DNA of 28,560 nucleotides from a virus (taxonomy: Duplodnaviria; Caudoviricetes): IMG/VR virus record IMGVR_UViG_3300006916_014236, positions 1-28,560 of that record; one strand, given 5' to 3'. The notes below the pieces were generated by a model. The model was given only the letters and a program-made list of their open reading frames with translations. It had not been told where the DNA came from and ran no database searches. A program made the translations under genes and the position numbers. Below are positions 9,099-18,443 of this stretch, in pieces; the stretch's first letter is position 1; each line of letters starts with the position of its first letter.

Positions 9099-9901
9099 TA
9101 CAAGAAAAAATTTACGTAGTAAAAAGAATTGGAGAACACTACAAACAATCAATGGAAATTGACCCTGATAACGGTCATCATCAAAAAATACAGCAACATA
9201 TTGATGTACTGAAAAATGTAAATATAGATTATTGGGATACGAGAGATAAAATTGTTAATTTAGCAAAATTAAATTTATATAATGCTGGATTCAAATATGT
9301 AGTTGAAACATTACAAGACTTTGAGCGAAATATCGAAAATTTAAGAGATAAATGGGTTTACTTTACTGATGATGATGATTGGGTTGATAGTAATATAATT
9401 ACAGTTTTATCAGAAGTTATACGTAATAATAAAAATCTAGATTGCATTATATGGCCGCATATTAGATATCACGCTCTTACAAATATCATTACAGGTAATA
9501 AAGAGATAGATCCTAATTACAATCCAACGCCAAGATTACAATCTAATCATTGTGTTATAAAAATAACAGATAATTTTATAAGCAAGTGGAAACCAGATTT
9601 AAATATTAAAGATAAAACTCAGCACTGGAATTTAAATGATTATGTCTTTGAGTCGCCTGATTTAAATTTAAATGTTGTAGAGATACCAAGATTTTTATCA
9701 TTATGGAATAATACACCTATTAGCTTTAGCTGGCATATGCACCCAGAAATATTTTCTATAGAAACAAAAGAATCTTTGTTAATACGGATAGCTAATTATG
9801 CATCATTTCTTCCAATGCGAATAGAACAATTAATAAATAATAACATTGATACTGTATATTTAAATTATATATACACACAACAGCAATTTTTTAAAAAATA
9901 A
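9095..9901 (+). CDS. Putative GT-A-like glycosyltransferase (paralog of 6311-7177)
   Basis: 'VYFTDDDDWV', 'WPH', 'QSNH', 'WNNTPIS'. Confidence 0.55.
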   Translation: MIQEKIYVVKRIGEHYKQSMEIDPDNGHHQKIQQHIDVLKNVNIDYWDTRDKIVNLAKLNLYNAGFKYVVETLQDFERNIENLRDKWVYFTDDDDWVDSNIITVLSEVIRNNKNLDCIIWPHIRYHALTNIITGNKEIDPNYNPTPRLQSNHCVIKITDNFISKWKPDLNIKDKTQHWNLNDYVFESPDLNLNVVEIPRFLSLWNNTPISFSWHMHPEIFSIETKESLLIRIANYASFLPMRIEQLINNNIDTVYLNYIYTQQQFFKK

Positions 9902-9905
9902 TATA

Positions 9906-10460
9906 ATGAAATTACAAGAATTAATGCTTAGCAAAGACCCTAAATACTGGACAGATAAGGGATGTAACCATAGTTATACAAATTATTATGATGATATACT
10001 TTCAAAGTATAAAACGAAACAAATTAATATTCTTGAAATAGGTATATTAAACGGTGCATCTTTGCATTTATGGGATAGCTACTTCGAACACAAAGACACG
10101 ATCATATGCGGTTTAGATATTACTGATAATATATATCCTGAGTTTAAAGAAATGTATAGTGAAAGAGTATCATACAAAACAGGAGATAATTATTATATAG
10201 AAGATAATATACCTAACGAAGTAAAACAAATTAAATGGGATATTATTATTGATGATGGGAGTCATGATTTACAGCATCAATTAGATTTTTATAAAATTTA
10301 CGAGAAGCTTTTGAGTGAAAATGGTTTATTAATTATTGAAGATGTGCAAAGTATAGAAAATTTAAATATTATAACAAATACTTATACAGACTTAACTCAA
10401 ATAGATTTACGTAAAAATAAAGATAGATACGATGATTTACTAGCGGTTTTAATTAGATAA
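9906..10460 (+). CDS. Class I SAM-dependent methyltransferase (Methyltransf_24/MycE-like sugar O-methyltransferase)
   Basis: 'TDK..HSY...Y', 'ILEIGILNGASLHLW', 'IIIDDGSH', 'LIIEDV'. Confidence 0.85.
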   Translation: MKLQELMLSKDPKYWTDKGCNHSYTNYYDDILSKYKTKQINILEIGILNGASLHLWDSYFEHKDTIICGLDITDNIYPEFKEMYSERVSYKTGDNYYIEDNIPNEVKQIKWDIIIDDGSHDLQHQLDFYKIYEKLLSENGLLIIEDVQSIENLNIITNTYTDLTQIDLRKNKDRYDDLLAVLIR

Positions 10461-11163
10461 ATCGAGAATAACCATATGGATGAATGTTTTTATTCCTCTT
10501 ATAATTTTTTGGTAGTTTATTATCGCAATTTAATAAATTAAACCACATTCTCTCCATAACATAAACACTATCACTTACCCAAAGATAATCTATACCCCTA
10601 TTTGAGTTAACTACGGTACAGCTTTCCTTTATATAGTCGTTTATACTCCTCCATTTATCTCTGCTAATACTATGTATACAACTTTTAGTAGCTCCAAAAA
10701 TACCATTTGTTTGAAATAAGAATAAATCTGGTATAGTAATATCGAATTTACTACAAAACGATTCACAGTTTAAAATAAACCGCTCTTTTACTGATGTACG
10801 ACCATATATATCACTTATAATAAAACTACCAGTAAGATCTATATAACCGCTACTAAATTTATAATATTTTTTATCCTTTACAATATTATAGAAAGATTTT
10901 TTTGATGTAGCTATATGAGGAAAAGGATCTGCTTGTGTAAATATATTTATATCTGCTAAATAGTTATAATTATCTACTATATGCTGTAAGTAAGATTGAT
11001 GCTCGCAACCTATATTAATTAATTTTTTGGTAATTAAAGTTAAATTAGATAGAGGAATATTATTATCTGATTTTTCATACAAAAATATATTATCAATACC
11101 CTCCATATTATCGAGCCAATGTATATCGTTATTAAAAGATGAAGCTATTAGATCAATTCTCAT
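10453..11163 (-). CDS. DUF3431-like protein
   Basis: 'NIGCEHQSYLQHIVDNYNYLADINIFTQADPFPH' and 'MERMW'. Confidence 0.75.
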   Translation of the reverse strand: MRIDLIASSFNNDIHWLDNMEGIDNIFLYEKSDNNIPLSNLTLITKKLINIGCEHQSYLQHIVDNYNYLADINIFTQADPFPHIATSKKSFYNIVKDKKYYKFSSGYIDLTGSFIISDIYGRTSVKERFILNCESFCSKFDITIPDLFLFQTNGIFGATKSCIHSISRDKWRSINDYIKESCTVVNSNRGIDYLWVSDSVYVMERMWFNLLNCDNKLPKNYKRNKNIHPYGYSRFI

Positions 11164-12028
11164 TTTGTAAATAGTTTTTTAGGCCTTCACCTGGGGTGTA
11201 TGTTTTAAAATCTTCTAAATTTATCCCTAATTTACTTAAAAAATTTATATCACCCAATACATGTTGATTAGTCGGTAATCGTCTGATTAAATCAAATGTT
11301 AGCTGAGTGTCAAAACCATTTACAGTAGTTGTCTTGTTAATATATTCAGATTGTAAGCTATCATGTACTCCACGAAGGCAAACATCATTGTAAAAATGAT
11401 CGAACATCTGCTTGTAAATTAATAAGTGTTCTTTTTTAAGAGTAATAAAAAAAGTATCATGATGTAAATTTGCATGTACATCTGGATTATTAGGCCCGTC
11501 AGTATACAAAAATTTATCGGTTAATTTATTTAAATTAATACTAGGTTTATAAAAAAATACATCTGGTCGAATAAACATAAAACAACTATAATCAAGAAAT
11601 GTAGGTTCTTTTTCTAAAAACTGAATAGCTTGTTTAATGATAAATAATCTAGATAATACAGATATAGCGGGAGTATTAGTAGGGGTATTGATGAGATACG
11701 GGTGATAATCTTCATAATTTAAATATAATGTGTTTTTAGGTAGAAATAAATTATTGAGTTTATCTTTTAGTGGTATGCACCATGATGTTATAAAATAGTC
11801 AAAAACCCAATCTTTGTTTTCGTTTATAATGTAATATTCTAACGTTTTTTTACATATTGAGATATCTACATAACTATTAATATTGCTAGATGATAAAGTT
11901 TTTAATTGATCTTTAGATGACCATCTTGTATCTCTAAACGGGCCTTCCTTGGTAGATACACCACCATACAACATAATACAACATTTTTTATTAGTTGTTA
12001 TTCTCTGTGACCGTGAATTTTGCTCCAT
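11153..12028 (-). CDS. Putative glycosyltransferase-like protein (related to 8007-9098)
   Basis: 'KCCIMLYGG', 'DYFITSW', 'FMFIRPDVFF', 'HDTFF'. Confidence 0.55.
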   Translation of the reverse strand: MEQNSRSQRITTNKKCCIMLYGGVSTKEGPFRDTRWSSKDQLKTLSSSNINSYVDISICKKTLEYYIINENKDWVFDYFITSWCIPLKDKLNNLFLPKNTLYLNYEDYHPYLINTPTNTPAISVLSRLFIIKQAIQFLEKEPTFLDYSCFMFIRPDVFFYKPSINLNKLTDKFLYTDGPNNPDVHANLHHDTFFITLKKEHLLIYKQMFDHFYNDVCLRGVHDSLQSEYINKTTTVNGFDTQLTFDLIRRLPTNQHVLGDINFLSKLGINLEDFKTYTPGEGLKNYLQNEN

Positions 12029-12687
12029 ATAATTTCTGTTGTATCCCTATAGATATTACTACTTTTTATAGGTACTATTTTAGATGTATGATGAGAAAAA
12101 ATCCAATACATAAGACGCTCCGTGCTCATAGAATGTATTTTTTCTGTTGGTAAATTTTTAAGATTTGAAAAAATATCTCTCAATATAGAGCCTTTACATC
12201 CGAAGGAAGTATGCGTGATTAGATTAAATTGTTTATATCTGTTAATCCATGACTTCCAGCATTGATCAAAATATACAGTATCTTTAGTTAAAAAATTTAT
12301 AGCTTTTTCATATATTTCTATCATATATAACTCATCAAAACAAGAATACCAACCCCAAGAAAAATCAAAAGAATATACATCTGCTTTAGAAAAATTAAAA
12401 TCAATTTTTTTTTCGATAAATAAAGTATCCTGAATGCAAATATAATTTTCTGCTGATATGTTATCTATCGCATATTTCCATGCACCAAGCTCATAGTTTA
12501 CATTATTACAGAAATGAAAATTTATATTTTTAAATTTTTGTACAGGTTCAAAACCTGATAATACATCGCTTTTAGAATCTATAACATGTATGTCAGGAAA
12601 GTTATAATGTTTATTGATTAATTCAATATTTTCTAACAAAAGACCCGTAGGATTTTTTGTGGAAATACAAAAAACATAATCATTCAT
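11998..12687 (-). CDS. Putative GT-A-fold (GT2-like) glycosyltransferase
   Basis: 'IHVIDSKS', 'NYELGAW', 'YICIQD', 'TERL'. Confidence 0.6.
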   Translation of the reverse strand: MNDYVFCISTKNPTGLLLENIELINKHYNFPDIHVIDSKSDVLSGFEPVQKFKNINFHFCNNVNYELGAWKYAIDNISAENYICIQDTLFIEKKIDFNFSKADVYSFDFSWGWYSCFDELYMIEIYEKAINFLTKDTVYFDQCWKSWINRYKQFNLITHTSFGCKGSILRDIFSNLKNLPTEKIHSMSTERLMYWIFSHHTSKIVPIKSSNIYRDTTEIIWSKIHGHRE

Positions 12688-14059
12688 AATTTTCTATAAA
12701 ATATTTAAGATCTTCTGGTGTTCCTAAACCCCACATTTTATCAATATTATAAATTTTTATCTTCTTATTATCACCTATCGCTTCGTTAAATACAGGGCAT
12801 ACATAGAATTCATTATTAACTCTAATATTGTTATTAATCATTTGCTCAGCATATTTAACATAATCAGATCCTCTTCGCCAATAATATATACCCACAGTAG
12901 CAATATCTGATATTGGATTTTTTTCTGCTACTTCAGAAACAAAGCCTTTATTATTTAACTTAGCATAACTCCATTTAGGATGAGTAGATTTAAAAGTTAG
13001 TATACCCCCATCAATAGTATCCCCAATCATAGAGTACATAAATTCATTACTATCCCATTCTACAAATTGATCAGAATTTGCCATTACTAATGGTTCATCA
13101 TTGTCAATGTACTCTTTAGCTAAAAGAGTAGTACAAGCGGCTCCTTCAGTTATACCATCAACTTGTACAATCTTACAGTTAGGTGTAATATTATTAAGAA
13201 CTGTTTCTAAATTATATTTTTCATAGTGAGATTTCTGTACGATAAAAATATAGTTCGCTTGTATGTTAATATTTTCTACGACTGTTTGAATCATAGGTTT
13301 ACCATTAACATCAATTAACGGTTTAGGAAAAGTATAACCCGCTTGTTCAAATCTACTTCCTGCTCCTGCCATAGGAATAAGAACATTCATATTACCGCCT
13401 TGCCATTTTGGTTTGATTTCTTCCATATTTTTATCGGTTTTTTTAATAAAATTAGTTATATAATCGAGTGTAGTATCGTTAGGATTAGTTACTGGGCATA
13501 AAACACTACCAGTTCGTAAAGCACCTTTGCGACCTATATGAGAATCTTCAACAATAATAGTCTCATCAGGATTAGTTCTACTTAAAATCATACATCTCAT
13601 ATATATTTCAGCATTAGGTTTAGATAAAAACACGTCTTCATTAGAAACAATATAATCGCAGTAATGTAAAATTCCTAATTTATTGAGAGATACAATAATT
13701 GTTTCTCTTATCGCATTCGACGCAACACTTATCTTAATATTACTACTTTTAAGATGCAGAAATAGTCGCTGTAATTCTAAATTTTCTTTTGTACTTTGTA
13801 AAAGTTCTTTAGTGTAATACTGTTTAAGGGACCATACTTTAGAAAATAATTCAGTAGGTAAGTTTTTGTTATTACAAAGTAAATCTAATTTAGCTTTAGT
13901 AGATTTGCCATCATAAGTTGAAAGATGTTCTTCTCTTTCAATAATATATTTTGGATCTACATCATATAAAGCTTTATTTAGCGCATGGTAATGTAAATCT
14001 CTACTATCGATTAGAACTCCATCTAGATCAAATATAATGTGTTTTATATAATTGTACAT
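12680..14059 (-). CDS. HAD-family phosphatase fused to a sugar-phosphate nucleotidyltransferase (BcbE-like)
   Basis: N-terminal 'IFDLDGVL', 'SN', 'KP', 'VEDS' (HAD motifs I-IV). C-terminal 'IPMAGAGSRF', 'PKPLI', 'NSDQ', 'EK', 'GLGTPEDL'. Confidence 0.9.
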   Translation of the reverse strand: MYNYIKHIIFDLDGVLIDSRDLHYHALNKALYDVDPKYIIEREEHLSTYDGKSTKAKLDLLCNNKNLPTELFSKVWSLKQYYTKELLQSTKENLELQRLFLHLKSSNIKISVASNAIRETIIVSLNKLGILHYCDYIVSNEDVFLSKPNAEIYMRCMILSRTNPDETIIVEDSHIGRKGALRTGSVLCPVTNPNDTTLDYITNFIKKTDKNMEEIKPKWQGGNMNVLIPMAGAGSRFEQAGYTFPKPLIDVNGKPMIQTVVENINIQANYIFIVQKSHYEKYNLETVLNNITPNCKIVQVDGITEGAACTTLLAKEYIDNDEPLVMANSDQFVEWDSNEFMYSMIGDTIDGGILTFKSTHPKWSYAKLNNKGFVSEVAEKNPISDIATVGIYYWRRGSDYVKYAEQMINNNIRVNNEFYVCPVFNEAIGDNKKIKIYNIDKMWGLGTPEDLKYFIENYE

Positions 14060-14462
14060 AATCCGAACAAATCCCCGTACACTGATATTTAAATGTTGGT
14101 GGTTTATTATCTACAATAATACACTTACTATTAGTGCTTACTTCTTTACCTGGATATACCCAGATATATCCTTGAGAAGTAATTGTATAATCATCTTCTT
14201 GATGCCAAAAACAATGCAAATTAGCATTAATACAATATTCTAAAGCGGGTAAATTTTTTGCGTGACATACAAAAAAAGTATTTGCTAAAAACTTACTATC
14301 AACTTCATATTGAGGATAGTCATGCCCGAGTATATATTTATTATCTTGAATCCATACATCAATCTCTACTACATACCCAGAATTTACAGCATTTAATATA
14401 TAATCAGGGTGATTTTCTTGATCTGACGGACCATTAAGGTTACCTCGATGAGATATAAGCAT
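14028..14462 (-). CDS. Short GDPD/PLC-like phosphodiesterase
   Basis: 'ISHRGN', 'EN', 'VEIDVW', 'LGHD', 'HAKN', 'GICSDY'. A GGAGGT SD-like sequence lies 7 nt upstream. Confidence 0.75.
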   Translation of the reverse strand: MLISHRGNLNGPSDQENHPDYILNAVNSGYVVEIDVWIQDNKYILGHDYPQYEVDSKFLANTFFVCHAKNLPALEYCINANLHCFWHQEDDYTITSQGYIWVYPGKEVSTNSKCIIVDNKPPTFKYQCTGICSDYVQLYKTHYI

Positions 14463-14468
14463 AAAAAT

Positions 14469-15447
14469 TTACCTCCAATAGTCGATCATCTCATCTAACA
14501 TGGTTTCAAACGTATATTCTGGCTGCCAACCTGTAGCTTTTTGTAATTTAGAGCTATCTCCTTTAAGATTATTAAGTTCTTCAGGTCTCATGTATTTAAT
14601 ATCCTGTTTAATATAGTGACTCCAGTCTAAATCAAGTTTACTAAATGTATACTCAATTAAATCTTGTACAGAATGAGAAACCCCAGTAGCACAAACAAAA
14701 TTATCAGGCTTATCAAGCTGTAAAATCATCCACATTGCCTTTACATAATCTTTTGCATGACCCCAATCCCTAGTAGCATTACGATTACCTATATATAAAG
14801 AATTTTTGTAGCCACATTTTATATCAACTGCTCCTTTGACAACTTTATTTGTTACAAATGTAATACCACGACGAGGGGATTCATGGTTAAATAAGATCCC
14901 GTTACTTATAAACATATTATAACTATTTTTGTAATTGTTACATATATTATAAGCAAAAACCTTAGCGCACCCATAAGGAGACACAGGCCTCATAGGGGTT
15001 TCTTCTCGCTGGAACCCATCCTTATCAATACTATTACCAAACATTTCACTCGAAGAAGCTTGATAAATTTTAATATTTTTATTGTGAAGCTTTACTGCTT
15101 CTAATAAGTTGATAACTCCCAAACCAACTACTTCAGATGTGTATTGAGGTAAATCAAACGACACCCTTACATGAGATTGCGCGGCTAAATTATAAATTTC
15201 ATCAGGATTATGTTTCTTAATAATGCGCATTAAAGAACTAAAATCAGTCATATCTCCATACTCAAGAGTAATAAGATTATTATCTCTAAGTTTAGCAATG
15301 CGTACTGATTGATTCTCTGACAGATTGTCTACGAACCATGCCGATCACATTATAATTTTTAGATACAAGAAATTCTGCTAAATATGAACCATCTTGACCA
15401 TTTATACCCGTAATAAAAGCGGTTTTTTTATTTTCTTGCGACATCAT
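14469..15447 (-). pseudogene. gmd: GDP-mannose 4,6-dehydratase split by a frameshift near 15320
   Basis: 5' frame (ATG 15447/15444): (M)[26 protein letters not shown]...GMVRRQSV, ending at TAA 15294-15292. The other frame continues [10 protein letters not shown]...EYGDMTD...NLAAQSHV...SSSEMFG...SPYGCAK...LFNHESPRRG. May be an assembly error. Confidence 0.85.
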
Positions 15448-16330
15448 AATTTTCTATAAACCAATTAACAGTTTGCTTAATACCTTTTTCAATTGGAGTA
15501 AATTCAAAGTCAGGAACTAAACTCATAAGTTTGCTGTTATCTGAAGGTTTTCTAAACTGACCTTCAGGTTTATCAGTATTATATATGATATTGCCTTTAA
15601 AATTAAAAGCATCACATATAATATCAACTATATTTTTAATACTTACTTCTTGGGATGTGGATAAAATAATAGGTTCAGCATTATCATAGTTAGATAAAAC
15701 CCAATTTATTAATTTACCTAAATCTTCACTATATATAAACTCTCTTAAAGGCTTACCTGAGCCCCAAATTTCTAAATCAGTATTATTTTTCTTAGCGATA
15801 TAACACTTATGTATTAATGATGGAAGCACATGACCATCATCAATATTGAAATTATCTCTAGGCCCATACACGTTAGTAGGTATGACATTAACGAAATTGA
15901 CATCAAACTGTTCTCTATAAGCTCTTGATTGTACATCAAGCATACGTTTAGCATATGCATAACCGTAATTAGAACTATGCGGAGGACCTTGATGAATTTT
16001 ATCCTCAGTCAAGGGGTATTCTACTTGATCCGGAAAAATGCAGGTAGATAAAATTGATACAAGTTTTTTAACCTGGAAAGTTCTACAAGCTTCAAGTACA
16101 TTGGTATTAATTTTAATATTATCTAAAAAGTATGTTGCATTACCTCGCATATTACCTCCTAGACCCCCTACCTTTGCTGCAGTATGTACAACATGGGTTG
16201 GTTTATTTTTTTCAAACACAGTTGTAGCTTCATACCAGTCTCTTAAATCCGCGTCTTTACTAGAAAGTTTGATATCAGCCTTTATAGTTGAACCAACTAA
16301 ACCTGTACCACCCGTAATTAATGTTTTCAT
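15428..16330 (-). CDS. fcl: GDP-L-fucose synthase (GDP-4-keto-6-deoxymannose epimerase/reductase)
   Basis: 'TGGTGLVG', 'AAKVGG', 'STCIFP', 'YAYAKR', 'PTNVYGP', 'HVLPSL', '[10 protein letters not shown]'. Confidence 0.93.
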   Translation of the reverse strand: MKTLITGGTGLVGSTIKADIKLSSKDADLRDWYEATTVFEKNKPTHVVHTAAKVGGLGGNMRGNATYFLDNIKINTNVLEACRTFQVKKLVSILSTCIFPDQVEYPLTEDKIHQGPPHSSNYGYAYAKRMLDVQSRAYREQFDVNFVNVIPTNVYGPRDNFNIDDGHVLPSLIHKCYIAKKNNTDLEIWGSGKPLREFIYSEDLGKLINWVLSNYDNAEPIILSTSQEVSIKNIVDIICDAFNFKGNIIYNTDKPEGQFRKPSDNSKLMSLVPDFEFTPIEKGIKQTVNWFIENYDVARK

Positions 16331-17148
16331 AATAATTGTTTTAACCCTGTATAAATATCGATTGTTTGATTATAATCTAAATTGTTTAATTTATCAACAT
16401 TTAAGTACATATCTTTGACTTGTACTAATTTATGGAAATCAGTAGGTTCAATGGTGATAAAATTACTTGTAGAATTAGTTTGCTGTTTGACATAGTTCAT
16501 AAGATCTATAAACTTATACGGAGTGCCAGACCCTATATTTACTATATCATTATAATTCGTATTACTTGATAAGATAGTATATATAGCTCTACATACATCA
16601 TCAACGTGTATATAATCTCTTACAAAATTACCACCATGATAAAGATTAACATCTCTATTATTTTTTATTTCATTAATTAAATATTGTAAAGCATTTTTTT
16701 TCTTTGAAACTCCTTTATCATTTTTGCCATAAACATTACCTAATCGCAAAATACGATACTTAATATTAAAAGTTTTACAATAACTTATAAGTAAATCTTC
16801 TGCGCATTTCTTTGTTATACTATAAAAACCTGTTGGATGACAATAACTATCTTCTTTTGCAGGTAAGGTTACATTACCATATACAAACCAAGAACTAATA
16901 AAATTAAAAACAGTATTTGTATCTTTACAATTTTCTAAAACCTTAATTAATTTTATCAAATTAGTCTCAATATCTATTGTAGGGTAATTATGTACATTAT
17001 AATTATCAGTAGTACTAATAAAATATAAAATATTTTTATATAAAGGTTGATTATCGTCTCTAGAATGTCTATGTATCTCCATAGGATACATATTGCAAAA
17101 CGCGTTCCCTATAAAACCTGTTGATCCAAAAATATCTATTGTGTCCAT
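16327..17148 (-). CDS. NAD-dependent sugar epimerase/reductase (extended SDR)
   Basis: 'GSTGFIG', 'SSWFVYG', 'YSITK' (YxxxK), 'RLGNVYG', 'RDYIHVDD'. Confidence 0.88.
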   Translation of the reverse strand: MDTIDIFGSTGFIGNAFCNMYPMEIHRHSRDDNQPLYKNILYFISTTDNYNVHNYPTIDIETNLIKLIKVLENCKDTNTVFNFISSWFVYGNVTLPAKEDSYCHPTGFYSITKKCAEDLLISYCKTFNIKYRILRLGNVYGKNDKGVSKKKNALQYLINEIKNNRDVNLYHGGNFVRDYIHVDDVCRAIYTILSSNTNYNDIVNIGSGTPYKFIDLMNYVKQQTNSTSNFITIEPTDFHKLVQVKDMYLNVDKLNNLDYNQTIDIYTGLKQLL

Positions 17149-18443
17149 TTTTTATTAAAAACATTATCTACATAATCAAATACATCTTGATTGTAGTGAG
17201 GGGCCGCCCCAATAAAGAAAACTTTATCTAAAACTTGATTAGCGTAAGGAAATTCACTTACATTACCTAAATGTGAAAAACCTGGATGTAATAATATATT
17301 ACCCGCAAAGTAATTTCTTGTTTGTATTTTATTTTCTTCTAAAAAGGTTACAAGTTTGAACTTTAATTCTTTATCTTCGCATATAAATGGAGTACCAAAC
17401 CAAGAAGGACTAGCTTTATCTAGAGTTTTAACTCCTCTGATACCATCAACATATTTGAGAAGTATATTTTCTATATTTTGTTTGCTATTTTTTCTTTTGG
17501 TACATATTTCATCAAATTTCTTGAGCTGTTCTACTCCAATCGCACCTTGCATATCAAGAGGCTTTAGATTGTAACCCATATTATTGAAAACATACTTATG
17601 ATCAATAATACCATCATAGCTCTCTAACCATCTATCAAACCTATTACCACAACTACCACAAGCTAAAAGATTAGCGGGCCCGACACAATAGCAATCCCGA
17701 CCCCACCACGAAAAACTGACAAATAATTTCTTGAGTTCAGGATTATTCGTACATACCATACCTCCTTCGCCTGTAGATATATGATGAGCAGGATAAAAAG
17801 ATGATGTCCATGCAGTATAATAATCTGAAAGATGCTTATTATTCCATTTTGTACCTATACTATCGCAGCTATCACCTATCAATAATAAATTATATTTTTT
17901 ACATAATTCGGTAAGATAATCCATATCGGGTGGATTAGCAAGAACTGGAGATACAAATATAGCTTTTGTTTTAGAATTAATTTTTTCTTCTATTTTGCTT
18001 ACATCAAAGTTTAAAGTATCGTATTCTATGTCAACGAAAACTGGTTTTAAATTATTTTGTACTAAAACTGATATAGATGTAGGGAATCCTACCGGGGAAA
18101 CAATAATTTCGTCTTGATCTTCCCATTTATAATATTTCCTCAAAGCAGAAATTAATACTAAATTTGCTGAACTACCAGAGTTAACCATATGGGCATAACT
18201 AACATTAAAATAATTAGCAAATGCTTTTTCAAAACGATGTACATTTTCACCAGCTACAATCCATTTCCCTGTTAAAAAGGCATTCAAACCAGCAACAATT
18301 TCTTTATCATCCCAGTAAGGACCAGAGTATAATACAGAACTTTCACCGGGTATAAATGAAGTATTATACAAATACGGTGGTAGTCTGTTACTTAAATATG
18401 CTTGAGTTTCATCAATAATTTTGTCAATCGTTAAGTTTGTCAT
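17136..18443 (-). CDS. rfbH: DdhC/RfbH-type NDP-4-keto-6-deoxyhexose 3-dehydrase (DegT/DnrJ/EryC1/StrS family)
   Basis: 'VNSGSSAN', and 'SFYPAHHISTGEGG' with His in place of the aminotransferase Lys. 'WGRDCYC...C..C.NRF' Cys motif, 'DHKY', 'GYNLKP', 'TRNYFAGN'. Confidence 0.85.
   Translation of the reverse strand: MTNLTIDKIIDETQAYLSNRLPPYLYNTSFIPGESSVLYSGPYWDDKEIVAGLNAFLTGKWIVAGENVHRFEKAFANYFNVSYAHMVNSGSSANLVLISALRKYYKWEDQDEIIVSPVGFPTSISVLVQNNLKPVFVDIEYDTLNFDVSKIEEKINSKTKAIFVSPVLANPPDMDYLTELCKKYNLLLIGDSCDSIGTKWNNKHLSDYYTAWTSSFYPAHHISTGEGGMVCTNNPELKKLFVSFSWWGRDCYCVGPANLLACGSCGNRFDRWLESYDGIIDHKYVFNNMGYNLKPLDMQGAIGVEQLKKFDEICTKRKNSKQNIENILLKYVDGIRGVKTLDKASPSWFGTPFICEDKELKFKLVTFLEENKIQTRNYFAGNILLHPGFSHLGNVSEFPYANQVLDKVFFIGAAPHYNQDVFDYVDNVFNKKWTQ

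Noticed and set aside
14469-15251. gmd as a complete 260-aa gene starting at MTDFSS
   Set aside because: It lacks the GxxGxxG NAD-binding N-terminus, which is encoded upstream in another frame.
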